This document shows positions 18,592 through 27,227 of a DNA stretch of 64,000 bases, one piece after another (position 1 is the stretch's first letter; each line of letters starts with the position of its first letter). Position numbers and translations under genes: made by a program. The DNA is from Candidatus Latescibacterota bacterium (lineage in GTDB: Bacteria > Latescibacterota > UBA2968 > UBA8231), in the NCBI GenBank assembly GCA_965215195.1, contig CBDCDC010000001.1:640001-704000 (forward strand). Reading direction: 5' to 3'. The notes below the pieces were generated by a model. That model saw only the letters and a list, made by a program, of their open reading frames with translations, made no database searches and was not told the origin of the DNA.

Positions 18592-19872
18592 TCAGAAGAC
18601 AGGTTCGGCTGTTGACAATTCCGCGCCATTATACGCCCATTGCAAGTGTATATGGCTGGTCGAGAATCTTTGGCTGGTAGGCCCCCCCAGCATCTCCAGC
18701 GTCCGTTCCCAGCAATGGGGCGTCAACACGCCCTGCACTTCTTGGTAGCTATTGTAAGCCGTGCTCCAAGTCGGCGGCAGAAAGTCGGGATTGGCTTGCC
18801 TGAACCATTGCTCTTCCTTGGGCGTTAGCTTTTCTCTGGTCTTGGCCAAGAGTGCCGTGCCACAGTCAAAGAGCGCCTCGAAATAGTGCCCGAACTTCCG
18901 GTCGTCAACCAGCACGACCTCATAGCAAGTCCCGTCTCTACTACGCTCCTGACCGAGGTAATCCAAGGCCACGCCCTCGCCCATAAAGCGGTCAATGAAA
19001 TGCCAACGCACCGCTTCGCCCCGGTCGCGCAGGGCGGCCAAATCAGGGGGCAGGGCGTCTCTATACCGCCTCCAGCGATCGTTAAACAGATCCTCAAATA
19101 TCCCCCGCTCTCGCCCGGGATTTTTGCTCACATAAGACGGATTGGGGACCGCCGGGTCGAAAGAAACCTCTACCTTGTATCGTTCTTTTTTGGAGACAGC
19201 GCGATCTCCCCATCCCTCGTAGTGCCAAGTCGCCACCGGATACAGATAGGGGGTCACCGGAACCGCCGTTAGGCAAACGCCACCTTGGCAAACGGGCCTT
19301 TCTAACTCTCTTACGGTGGCCTCTATCCACACCATCGCGCTCATTGCTCGTATTGCGAGCAGACGCTTCCTACCGCCCATGGCCTCAATCGCACGCTCTA
19401 TCACCTTTAGGGCTTGATCGCGGTCTGCGCCCATATTGGCTAGGGGAAAGCGCACATAGTCCTCGCGAAAGTTTTCGTCGGCGGCCAGGTGCGCCAAGAG
19501 CAAGGAGTCGATATCTACATCGCCAGACCGCTCTATCCGCAGCCTCTTTTCGAGGTGAGCCATGTCGGCGCGCACCTCGGGCGGTAGCTGCTCCGCAATC
19601 TCGCCAAGACGAGGAGATTCGACCTGTTCCTCTGCAAGCTGCGGTAGCGCAGCCTCGACAACCAAACGCTGCATTTGTCGCTCGCTCAAAGCAGGTCTCG
19701 TGGGATCAAACGCCCGCGTTTCTAGTGCGCGCGGCGGCTGACGAAAAACCACCTCAAAGGCCGATTGGGGATCGGGTGTGGAAGGAGTCAACAAGACCAC
19801 AGCCAAATGCAAGAGGGCCGAAAGGAACAGGCAGACAGCCACTCTCTTGGTTTCGGTCGCAGACCAGTGCAT
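18592..19872 (-). CDS. Membrane-anchored protein: TonB-like SxxxH anchor, linker, LolA/LppX-like C-domain (copy 1)
   Basis: ATG 19872 after aggag; FLSALLHLAVV; VIERAIEAMGG..L..I; DYLGQE; FDCGTALL; YQEVQGVLTPH. Confidence 0.6.
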   Translation of the reverse strand: MHWSATETKRVAVCLFLSALLHLAVVLLTPSTPDPQSAFEVVFRQPPRALETRAFDPTRPALSERQMQRLVVEAALPQLAEEQVESPRLGEIAEQLPPEVRADMAHLEKRLRIERSGDVDIDSLLLAHLAADENFREDYVRFPLANMGADRDQALKVIERAIEAMGGRKRLLAIRAMSAMVWIEATVRELERPVCQGGVCLTAVPVTPYLYPVATWHYEGWGDRAVSKKERYKVEVSFDPAVPNPSYVSKNPGRERGIFEDLFNDRWRRYRDALPPDLAALRDRGEAVRWHFIDRFMGEGVALDYLGQERSRDGTCYEVVLVDDRKFGHYFEALFDCGTALLAKTREKLTPKEEQWFRQANPDFLPPTWSTAYNSYQEVQGVLTPHCWERTLEMLGGPTSQRFSTSHIHLQWAYNGAELSTAEPVF

Positions 19873-20079
19873 GTCAATCTCCTTTCGTACTGTTTTCAAG
19901 CAAACAGCAAGCTAAGTTATGGTACGGCCCTGATTTAGGTTTATTTGTAATTGATCTAACTACAAATCGCATCATGCTTATACATACGCTGCAAAAAACC
20001 CTCACGCAAGGGCCGCGGCAACGTACCCAAACGCGGCGACGACTGCATCAAGGCGGTCAGTTTTGTGAAGGGAGTCTTC

Positions 20080-21333
20080 CTATCGGACGGGCTCGGCTGT
20101 TGACAGTTCAGCGCCATTATACGCCCATTGCAAATATACAAAGATGGTATCCCACCCATCCGTCCGTTCCCAGCGATGAGGTGTCAACACGCCTTGCACT
20201 TCTTGGTAGCGATCGTAAACAGTGATCCAAGTCGGCGGCTTGGCATTGCGATTGGCTTGCCTGAACCAGTGCTCTTCTTTGGGCGTTAGCGTTTCTCTGG
20301 TCTTGGCCAACAGCGCCGTGCCACAGTCAAAGAGCGCCTCGAAATAGTGCCCGAACTTCCGGTCGTCAACCAGCACGACCTCATAGCAAGCCCCGTCCCT
20401 ACTGCGCTCCTGACCGAGGTAATCCAAGGCCACGCCCTCGCCCATAAAGCGGTCGATGAAATGCCAACGCACCGCTTCGCCCCGGTGGCGCATGGCGGCC
20501 AAATCAGGGGGTAGGTTGCCTCTAAACCGCCCCCAGCGATCGTCAAAGAGCGCTTCGAACATTCTCGGCTGTCGCTTGGGATTTTTGCTCACATAAGACG
20601 GATTGGGGACCGCCGGGTCGAACGAAACCTCTACCTTGTATTTTTCTTTGGCGAAAACCGCGCGATCCCCCCATCCTTCGTAGTACCAAGTCGCCACCGG
20701 ATACAGATAGGGGGTCACCGAAATCACCGTTAGGGCAACACCACCTTGCCAAGAAGGCATTTCTAACTCTTTTAAGTTGACCTCTATCCACACTCTCGCG
20801 CTCATTGCTCGTATGGCGAGCAGGCGCTTCTTACCGCCCATGGCCTCAATCGCACGCTCTATCACCTCCAAAGCCCGGTCGCGGTCTGCGCCCGTATTGG
20901 GCAGGGGAAAGCGCACATAGTCCTCGCGAAAGTTCTCCTCGGCAGCCATGTGCGCCAAGAGCAAGGAGTCGATATCTACATCGCCAGACCGCTCTATCCG
21001 CAGCCTCTTTTCCAAGTGAGCCATGTCGGCGCGTGCCCCGGACGGCAATTGCTCGCCAATCTCGCCAAGAGGAGCGGATTCGGCGAGTTCCTGAGCAAGC
21101 TGCGGTAGCGCATCCTCGACAACCAAACGCTGCATTTGCCGCTCGCTCAAAGCGGGCCGGGTGGGATCAAATGCTCGCGTTTCTAGCGCACGCGGCGGCT
21201 GATAAAAAACCATTTGGAGAGCCGGTTGCGGATCGGGCGTGGAAGGAGTCAACAAGACCACAGCCAAATGCAAGAGGGCCGAGAGGAACAGGCAGACAGC
21301 CACTCTCTTGGTTTCGGTCGCGGACCGATGCAT
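20080..21333 (-). CDS. Tandem paralog of 18592-19872 (copy 2)
   Basis: Near-identical protein with patchy divergent segments. Confidence 0.65.
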   Translation of the reverse strand: MHRSATETKRVAVCLFLSALLHLAVVLLTPSTPDPQPALQMVFYQPPRALETRAFDPTRPALSERQMQRLVVEDALPQLAQELAESAPLGEIGEQLPSGARADMAHLEKRLRIERSGDVDIDSLLLAHMAAEENFREDYVRFPLPNTGADRDRALEVIERAIEAMGGKKRLLAIRAMSARVWIEVNLKELEMPSWQGGVALTVISVTPYLYPVATWYYEGWGDRAVFAKEKYKVEVSFDPAVPNPSYVSKNPKRQPRMFEALFDDRWGRFRGNLPPDLAAMRHRGEAVRWHFIDRFMGEGVALDYLGQERSRDGACYEVVLVDDRKFGHYFEALFDCGTALLAKTRETLTPKEEHWFRQANRNAKPPTWITVYDRYQEVQGVLTPHRWERTDGWDTIFVYLQWAYNGAELSTAEPVR

Positions 21334-21371
21334 ATCAGTCTTCTTTCGTACTGTTTTCAAGCAAATAGCTA

Positions 21372-21440
21372 AACACTTCTTGCGCCGCAGTGCGAGCTAC
21401 TTCTTGGTGAAACGCATCGAGAATAAATTCCTCGTCCTCT
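21372..21440 (-). pseudogene. Degenerate copy of the 3' end of the 353-aa gene
   Basis: acacttcttgcgccgcagtgcgagctacttcttggt..catcgagaat matches 17392-17443 with few mismatches. Confidence 0.7.
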
Positions 21441-21526
21441 CAAAAGCCGCATTGCTTAGTACCCGACCCCTAAAGTAGGCGACCCTTACGTTGAGTACGC
21501 CTTTTCTGCGGTTTCCGCTGGGTGCG

Positions 21527-21573
21527 GGATCGAGGGCGTCCCGTCCTCGCCGAGGGCAAGATGCCCTCGATCC
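21527..21573. repeat. REP-like GC-rich palindrome
   Basis: ggatcgagggc...gccctcgatcc with inner gagggcaagatgccctc hairpin; a related motif lies inside MITE 1 (about 11805-11863). Confidence 0.65.
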
Positions 21574-21615
21574 TTGGCAGGCTGAGGGCTGGTGTCGTGT
21601 AGGAAGGCCGCATTG

Positions 21616-23604
21616 TCAAATCTGCGTCAGAAAGCTGCCCCTGTGTCCGGTGATGTAATCGGCCACCAACCAGACGCCGGCTGCGACCACTTCCCCGAGG
21701 ATCAGCCCCAAAAAGAACGGACGCAGGTTCCGGTATAGCCGCGGCCCCCCATACTTGAGAATCACCAGCTTGAGCAGCCAAGCGATGAGCGCACTGGCAA
21801 AAATGTGGCCGGTCTTCCAGTTCGCGCTAATGGCGTAGCCGAGCGGATTGAGGGGCCACCACAGCAAATGGTGCCGCATCCACATCAGCGCAGCCATCAC
21901 CCCGCCGCCGACCGCCATAAACAGCCAAGCGTCAAGGCGCGGACCAGTCAATTCCGCGGCAATGCGCGGGGCCATGTCTTTGGGGCCATACGTGGCGGCC
22001 CCCCAGCCAAAGAACAGGCCGTTGAGGTTGATGCCGCCGTATTTGTACGCCAACGCCATGGTAACGTACGAAGAGCCGATCAAGCTGACCACAATGGCGA
22101 TGATCACCGCCCAGAACAGCCGCCGCTTCCCGCCCTTGATCACCTCGCTCATCTTCAGGCCATTGGCGACCGACGACATGACAAACGAGCGGATCTCCGA
22201 GTGCCAGCCATAGGAAAACCCCAAGGCCACCAAGCCCGAGGCCCCCACACTCGAAGCACCAGCACCGGAAATCACAAAGGTCGAGGTCATAATGGGAGGG
22301 CGCATCGCTGGAATGCCTCCTTCGGCCACCACCCGCGTCAGGCCCAAAAACAGCACCATGGCCCCAAAGACAAACAGGGCCGCGCCCAACGGCGGCAGCC
22401 CGGCCATCCACAGGCCCAACCCCACCAAGCCGAGCGACCCCAGCAAGCCGAAGGTGGCCTGCCGGTAAGACAGGATTTCGTCGGCATCTTCTACGTCTGG
22501 GTCGTCGCGCCACGCTTTGCACCACACGGCGCGCAAGTGCCCGCGCGACACCCACAGCCCGATCAGCACGAAGACGATCATCGCCCCCATGCCTTGATGC
22601 GCTAGGTACGGCTCCCGCGAGTACAGATCCATCCGCTCGGTGCTTTGCAGGCCGAGGACGTTGAAGACGCCCCGTTGCACTGTGGTGAGGAAATAGAATG
22701 CCCAGATGGACGCGGAAATATCCAAGTTGACAAAGTAGAAGAAGCCGATCCACGGCGGGCTAAACCACAAATCCAAGCGCACGCTATCGCGGAACAGGGG
22801 GAGCGACGCATTCCGCGCAATCCCGGGCACCTCCGGGAAATAGGCGTGCAGTCCATTGACGCTGAGCAAGACGAATGCGAACGCAAACCCCAGCCACATC
22901 GGCTTACTAGCGAAAAACGCCCGCCCAATCGCCCGCCCTTGCTCGCGCTGAATCATCGCCATCGGCACCTGCACCAACGGATACGCCAGCTTCTCCCGAT
23001 CTACCCATTGCTTGCGCAGGATGACCATCGTGCAAATCATGGCCGCGCTGAGCGCCAAGAAGAAGCCGTACCAATAGGTCAGCGGCAGCACCCACGCGCC
23101 CCAGGGAATGGCGGCCCCTGCGGGCAGCCCTTCAAAGAAGTAGCGCGCCACGTTTTCGCCGCGCGGGATCATCCACGTGGGAATGTACTGGTTGTATAAA
23201 AAGTCCCAGTTATTCTCTGGCGTCGCGTAGTACGTAGAGCCGACCAGACAGGGAATGATAAATTGGGTAAACCCCATCCCGGGAATGCAGCAGGCCACCA
23301 CCAACATGATGTAGATGGTAATCAGCTCGGATTGGGTCAGGGCCAAAGAGCGGCGCAGGCAGTACACGAGGCCGCTGGCCGGTACTAAAAAAAAGAAGAA
23401 GAATAAAGCGGCCGGCGTACTAAAATTTAAGGTCAGGTACGAGCCGCGAATGATGGTCGTCGCGTACGCGTCTAAACCATTGAGCAGCAAGGCGAGCACC
23501 GCGCCGATGAGGATGCCCCGCGCGGGGATGCCGGCGACATCCGGCGGCCCTTCCTCGGCCGAGTTTACCCATTCGAGATATGATGGAGGAATTCGCTTTT
23601 TCAA
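21616..23604 (-). CDS. DUF6785/DUF6784-like polytopic membrane protein, putative transporter (copy A)
   Basis: Many TM helices; ELITIYIM, YYATPENNW, LRKQWVDREKLAYPLVQVP, TRVVAEGG, WWPLNPLGY, LKYGG..LY...RPFFLGLILG. Confidence 0.8.
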   Translation of the reverse strand: MKKRIPPSYLEWVNSAEEGPPDVAGIPARGILIGAVLALLLNGLDAYATTIIRGSYLTLNFSTPAALFFFFFLVPASGLVYCLRRSLALTQSELITIYIMLVVACCIPGMGFTQFIIPCLVGSTYYATPENNWDFLYNQYIPTWMIPRGENVARYFFEGLPAGAAIPWGAWVLPLTYWYGFFLALSAAMICTMVILRKQWVDREKLAYPLVQVPMAMIQREQGRAIGRAFFASKPMWLGFAFAFVLLSVNGLHAYFPEVPGIARNASLPLFRDSVRLDLWFSPPWIGFFYFVNLDISASIWAFYFLTTVQRGVFNVLGLQSTERMDLYSREPYLAHQGMGAMIVFVLIGLWVSRGHLRAVWCKAWRDDPDVEDADEILSYRQATFGLLGSLGLVGLGLWMAGLPPLGAALFVFGAMVLFLGLTRVVAEGGIPAMRPPIMTSTFVISGAGASSVGASGLVALGFSYGWHSEIRSFVMSSVANGLKMSEVIKGGKRRLFWAVIIAIVVSLIGSSYVTMALAYKYGGINLNGLFFGWGAATYGPKDMAPRIAAELTGPRLDAWLFMAVGGGVMAALMWMRHHLLWWPLNPLGYAISANWKTGHIFASALIAWLLKLVILKYGGPRLYRNLRPFFLGLILGEVVAAGVWLVADYITGHRGSFLTQI

Positions 23605-23641
23605 TGCCGTTTGCCTCGCTCATCAGTCGCCTCGGCTCTTG

Positions 23642-23971
23642 CTATTCGGCTGCAACCGCCTTTTCCAAGACTTCTTGAATGTAGCCATTCAAGTTGAGGT
23701 GACGACGAGCGGCGTTCAAAGCCATGCGACGATGTAGTTCAGGGCTTGCTTGAATCGCGATTTTGCCAGAGAAAGGTTCTTCCGGTTCCTTTCCTTGTTC
23801 TTGGCAAAACGCAAGGTACTCCTCAACTGACCGCTGCATCTCTTTTTTAAGTTCCGTTACTGATGATCCGTAAAACGCAATCACGTCATTTGTGTTGATC
23901 ACCGTTCCGTGAAATGTGTCAATTTCCGGATCAAACGAAACAACGCCCAGATATCCTTCGTATTCGATCAT
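23642..23971 (-). CDS. hicB: HicB-family antitoxin, no adjacent HicA
   Basis: MIEYEGYLGVVSFDPEIDTFHGTV..DVIAFYGSSV..EL..SVEEYLAFC..EPFSGK..PELHR. Confidence 0.85.
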   Translation of the reverse strand: MIEYEGYLGVVSFDPEIDTFHGTVINTNDVIAFYGSSVTELKKEMQRSVEEYLAFCQEQGKEPEEPFSGKIAIQASPELHRRMALNAARRHLNLNGYIQEVLEKAVAAE

Positions 23972-23999
23972 GGCATAACCCCTGCATTTTCGGCGCGAA

Positions 24000-26504
24000 T
24001 CAGTACGCGCTGGCGACGAGTTTGGTAATCGTCGTTTGCTCGCCTGCGGCATCCACCTCCACGCCGACCCGGCACAAATACAGGCCCGGTGGCATCAGGC
24101 GGCCCCAATCGTCGCGCCCGTCCCAAGCCACACGCTGCACTCCGGCCGCGTGTGCCACCACCGGGGCCATCTGCCGCACGCGCTGGCCGTCTAAGCCATA
24201 CACCTCTAGCACCAACGCCTTGGCACCCTGCACCGCAAATACTGGAAACACCAATTCCACCACGTCGTTGATCCCGTCCCCATTGGGCGTAAACGGGTTT
24301 GACGACGCAGCCACCTCGCCCAACAGGCCGCCGCCCAATGGGGTCAACACCTGCAAACCGCGTCCTGCGCCGGCATCTACCCGCTGCCACACCCGCTCGT
24401 CGCCTTCGCCCAACCCCACCTGCACGGCAAAAGCATTGCTGGCGAGGTAGAGCACCCCCGAAAATTGCAGCGCGACAAGCCCTTCTCCCTCCATCACGGG
24501 CGCGGGTAGCCGCACCCACAGCGAATCGGCCCGGGTCGGCAGCTTGGTCACGGGTACGCGCTCGGCCCCCACAAGCACTTCCTCCAAATCGACCGCCGCC
24601 CCCGCCGGCAACACCACTAGGACCTGATCGAAGCCGCGATTGTCGGCTTGGAACTGCGGCTGCAAAGACAGGGTGAAGACCGTGCGCTCCCCGCGCTGCG
24701 GCGTCTGCCGCGGCTGCACTTGGCCTATAACTTGGCTGGCCAAGGGCCAATCCAGCGCGATGTGCAGCCGGCGCAACAGGGCCGCTTGGCCGGGGTCGCC
24801 CGAGCGCAGCGTGGCTTCCACTATGGCGTAGCGGCGCGGGCTGGGCGAGGCAATCGGCGCGTCCGTGGCCGCGTAGAACGGACTCCAAGGACTCCAATCC
24901 GGGCCGGGAATGATGGTAACGGTCGAATCGCCGCGCTGAAAGCTGAGCAGCTTGCGATATCTGGCCTCGGTCACCTCTTTTCCGGCCGTGGTGAAGTAGT
25001 GGATTTCTTCGTTGAGCTGATTGCCGGTGCGCGTACGAAATTGCACTTGGGTGCCCGGGGGGGCGTCGGCTACCCAGTGAATGGACGACAGAATGCGCGG
25101 GTTGCTGCCCAGCTCCATAGGTGCTGATTGGAGCGTCACCTGCGGGAGAAAGCCGCGCCCGTAGAGCTGGAGCTCGCGAATGCCGGAGTTGGCCCAGTTG
25201 GGGACGATGAGCACACGGTAATCCATCTTGAAGTAGCGCGCCTTGGTGAGCGCAAAGGCATTGTCTTGATAAAAAATGTGGGGGAACAGCCCGCTAAAGC
25301 GGCCCGGCTCTTGGTCGGCGGTTTCCCGCGCGGCCAAGGCAATGTATGCCAAGCTGCCGTCTGGGTTGCGCTGCCCATTCGACAGGTTGATGGCGTAGTT
25401 GGGAAACGCGCCGGTAAAGCCGTGGGCGATGTTTTCGCGGTCAAAGCCGATGACCACTCGGCTGATCCAGAACCAAGTCCCCAAGTCGAAGAGAAGTTCG
25501 CGGTCGAACTCCACGTCAATGTGCTCGCCGCCGCTGACGCCCACTTGCTCGGTCCACACGGTCTTGTAGTCGCCGTCAATGGCCAAGCGTTCGGTCCCGG
25601 TGTTGCTCGTGCCCCCGATCAACCCGCCCCGGCTCAGCGCGCCCAAGCTGATGTTGTCGCCCTCAGTCCACACCTCCACCTCGGCCAGCCGCGGCCGCTC
25701 CCGTCGATAGTACTCAACCGGGCCGGCGCGCGACTCGCCCAGCGCGGCGTGTTGGGCTTGGTCGATCTGCCGCAAAACGCCCGAGGACTCGCGCAAGAAG
25801 TAGAGCACATCGCCGCGCTCTTCCTCTGGCAAGCTGTTCCAGCGGGCTTCGCTGACTTGGTGCCCTTGGCCGCGCGCACTGGCCGTAGCCACGATCTGGA
25901 CGAACTGGAACATGTCGCCGACAAACCCGGCGTCCGCTTCCTGCGAGGGCTTCAGATCAAACTCAAAGACGCGCTGGGTTTTGTTCAAGCCCTCGCTGCG
26001 GCCGGCTTGGGCGAAGCGGAGCGCCTTGCTCTGGGAGAAAGCCGGGAGCCCGTTGGACGTGAGCACCTTGAACTGGAGGAAGGGGTCGCCCATGCCTTCC
26101 GGGGCGAATTTCACCACGATTTTGCGCGCCCACACCAAGCGGCCCAAGTCGATCTCAACCCACCAATCGCGCAGGGGCGCGTCCAAGTCCGGCTCCCAGA
26201 AGGTATCCTCTTGGCCGTCTATAACGTGCGCGGCTTCGGCCCAGTTGACGCCCGCCGCCCGCACCCCGCCCGGCACGTCTTCGCCGTACGCAAAGTTTGG
26301 GGCGTCTAGCGCGGCGTTGATTTGCGCGCGGATGCGGTGCGGCCGCACCCCTTGCGGGCCGAATTGCACCGTGCCCGCGGCCACCTCCCATTCCGCCCAG
26401 TCGCCCTCGTCAACGGCGACTCGATCCGATTCGAGGCGGTATCCTTGGGGCCGCGCCGCAGCCGCGATCAGCAGGGCGCAAGCAACGAGCCACAACCGCG
26501 TCAC
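24000..26504 (-). CDS. Long-class discoidin-like/FlgD secreted protein, paralog of 13574-16051
   Basis: GTG 26504 overlaps the upstream TGA; same motifs as the paralog; ends ASAY. Confidence 0.75.
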   Translation of the reverse strand: MTRLWLVACALLIAAAARPQGYRLESDRVAVDEGDWAEWEVAAGTVQFGPQGVRPHRIRAQINAALDAPNFAYGEDVPGGVRAAGVNWAEAAHVIDGQEDTFWEPDLDAPLRDWWVEIDLGRLVWARKIVVKFAPEGMGDPFLQFKVLTSNGLPAFSQSKALRFAQAGRSEGLNKTQRVFEFDLKPSQEADAGFVGDMFQFVQIVATASARGQGHQVSEARWNSLPEEERGDVLYFLRESSGVLRQIDQAQHAALGESRAGPVEYYRRERPRLAEVEVWTEGDNISLGALSRGGLIGGTSNTGTERLAIDGDYKTVWTEQVGVSGGEHIDVEFDRELLFDLGTWFWISRVVIGFDRENIAHGFTGAFPNYAINLSNGQRNPDGSLAYIALAARETADQEPGRFSGLFPHIFYQDNAFALTKARYFKMDYRVLIVPNWANSGIRELQLYGRGFLPQVTLQSAPMELGSNPRILSSIHWVADAPPGTQVQFRTRTGNQLNEEIHYFTTAGKEVTEARYRKLLSFQRGDSTVTIIPGPDWSPWSPFYAATDAPIASPSPRRYAIVEATLRSGDPGQAALLRRLHIALDWPLASQVIGQVQPRQTPQRGERTVFTLSLQPQFQADNRGFDQVLVVLPAGAAVDLEEVLVGAERVPVTKLPTRADSLWVRLPAPVMEGEGLVALQFSGVLYLASNAFAVQVGLGEGDERVWQRVDAGAGRGLQVLTPLGGGLLGEVAASSNPFTPNGDGINDVVELVFPVFAVQGAKALVLEVYGLDGQRVRQMAPVVAHAAGVQRVAWDGRDDWGRLMPPGLYLCRVGVEVDAAGEQTTITKLVASAY

Positions 26505-27214
26505 GCGCGCTTTTCCTCCCTTACCTGCTGGCACGCCGCCATGAATTCCTCGGCCGTGGTCGTATAACCGATCAAATGTTCAAAGTTGCGCAGGGTGATT
26601 CGGTTGATCCAACCGCCTTCCGGCAGGCTGTCGTCTAGCGTGTCTGGCATCTCGATCGTGCCCGGCGCATTTGAACAGTCGCGCAAGAGAATGACGCGGT
26701 AATTCCTCCCTACGGCTTCGGCGCAAGTGTAGTGCAAGCAGGCCCGCCGGCTGTAGCCCACCACGAACAGCGTCTTAATGCCGTAGCTGCGCAAGTGCTG
26801 GTCCAAGAAGGTGTCGTGGAAGCCGCTCCAGATCCACTTGGGGAAATTGCGCTCGCCCTCGCCGGGGGCCACGCAGTCGAGGTATTCGGGTTTGTATTCC
26901 TGCCGCGCCCAGCTCGCAATGCCGTTGCCGCCGCTGCCGCCCTTGGTCTTGCCCCAGATCTCGCCCACGATGTTGCCCGGGTCGGCCACTAGGCGCAGGT
27001 CGTTGTGGACGTAGTTGACCAGCATCCGGCTGCTGCGGGCGGCTTGCAAAGCCGGCGCGATAAAGTCCTTGGTCGTTGGATTGGGCGAGCGCCCATCCAC
27101 ATCCACCAAGAGAAAGGCGCACTCGGCGAACTTCAAGGTCAGGGTCTCGTACCCGTAGTCGTACCCGCCGGGATAATCCTTGTAATAGCGAATGGGAATT
27201 TGAATGTTGGCCAT
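26501..27214 (-). CDS. Isochorismatase-like cysteine hydrolase
   Basis: Triad motifs FLLVDV (Asp), FPKWIWSGFHDTFLD..LR (Lys) and VGYSRRACL (Cys); RVILLRDC. Confidence 0.85.
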   Translation of the reverse strand: MANIQIPIRYYKDYPGGYDYGYETLTLKFAECAFLLVDVDGRSPNPTTKDFIAPALQAARSSRMLVNYVHNDLRLVADPGNIVGEIWGKTKGGSGGNGIASWARQEYKPEYLDCVAPGEGERNFPKWIWSGFHDTFLDQHLRSYGIKTLFVVGYSRRACLHYTCAEAVGRNYRVILLRDCSNAPGTIEMPDTLDDSLPEGGWINRITLRNFEHLIGYTTTAEEFMAACQQVREEKRA

Positions 27215-27227
27215 AGAAGCCTCCTTT

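Larger units (their letters stand above)
18520..21370. repeat. Tandem duplication of a ~1.4-1.5 kb gene unit, including flanking non-coding DNA
   Basis: Stops are 1488 bp apart; shared downstream ccaaacgcggcga..ctgcatcaaggcggtc and upstream ctttcgtactgttttcaagcaaa. Confidence 0.92.

Noticed and set aside
13574-26504. Diversity-generating retroelement behind the near-identical 3' ends
   Set aside because: No reverse transcriptase; both copies are coding, and the differences are not adenine-specific
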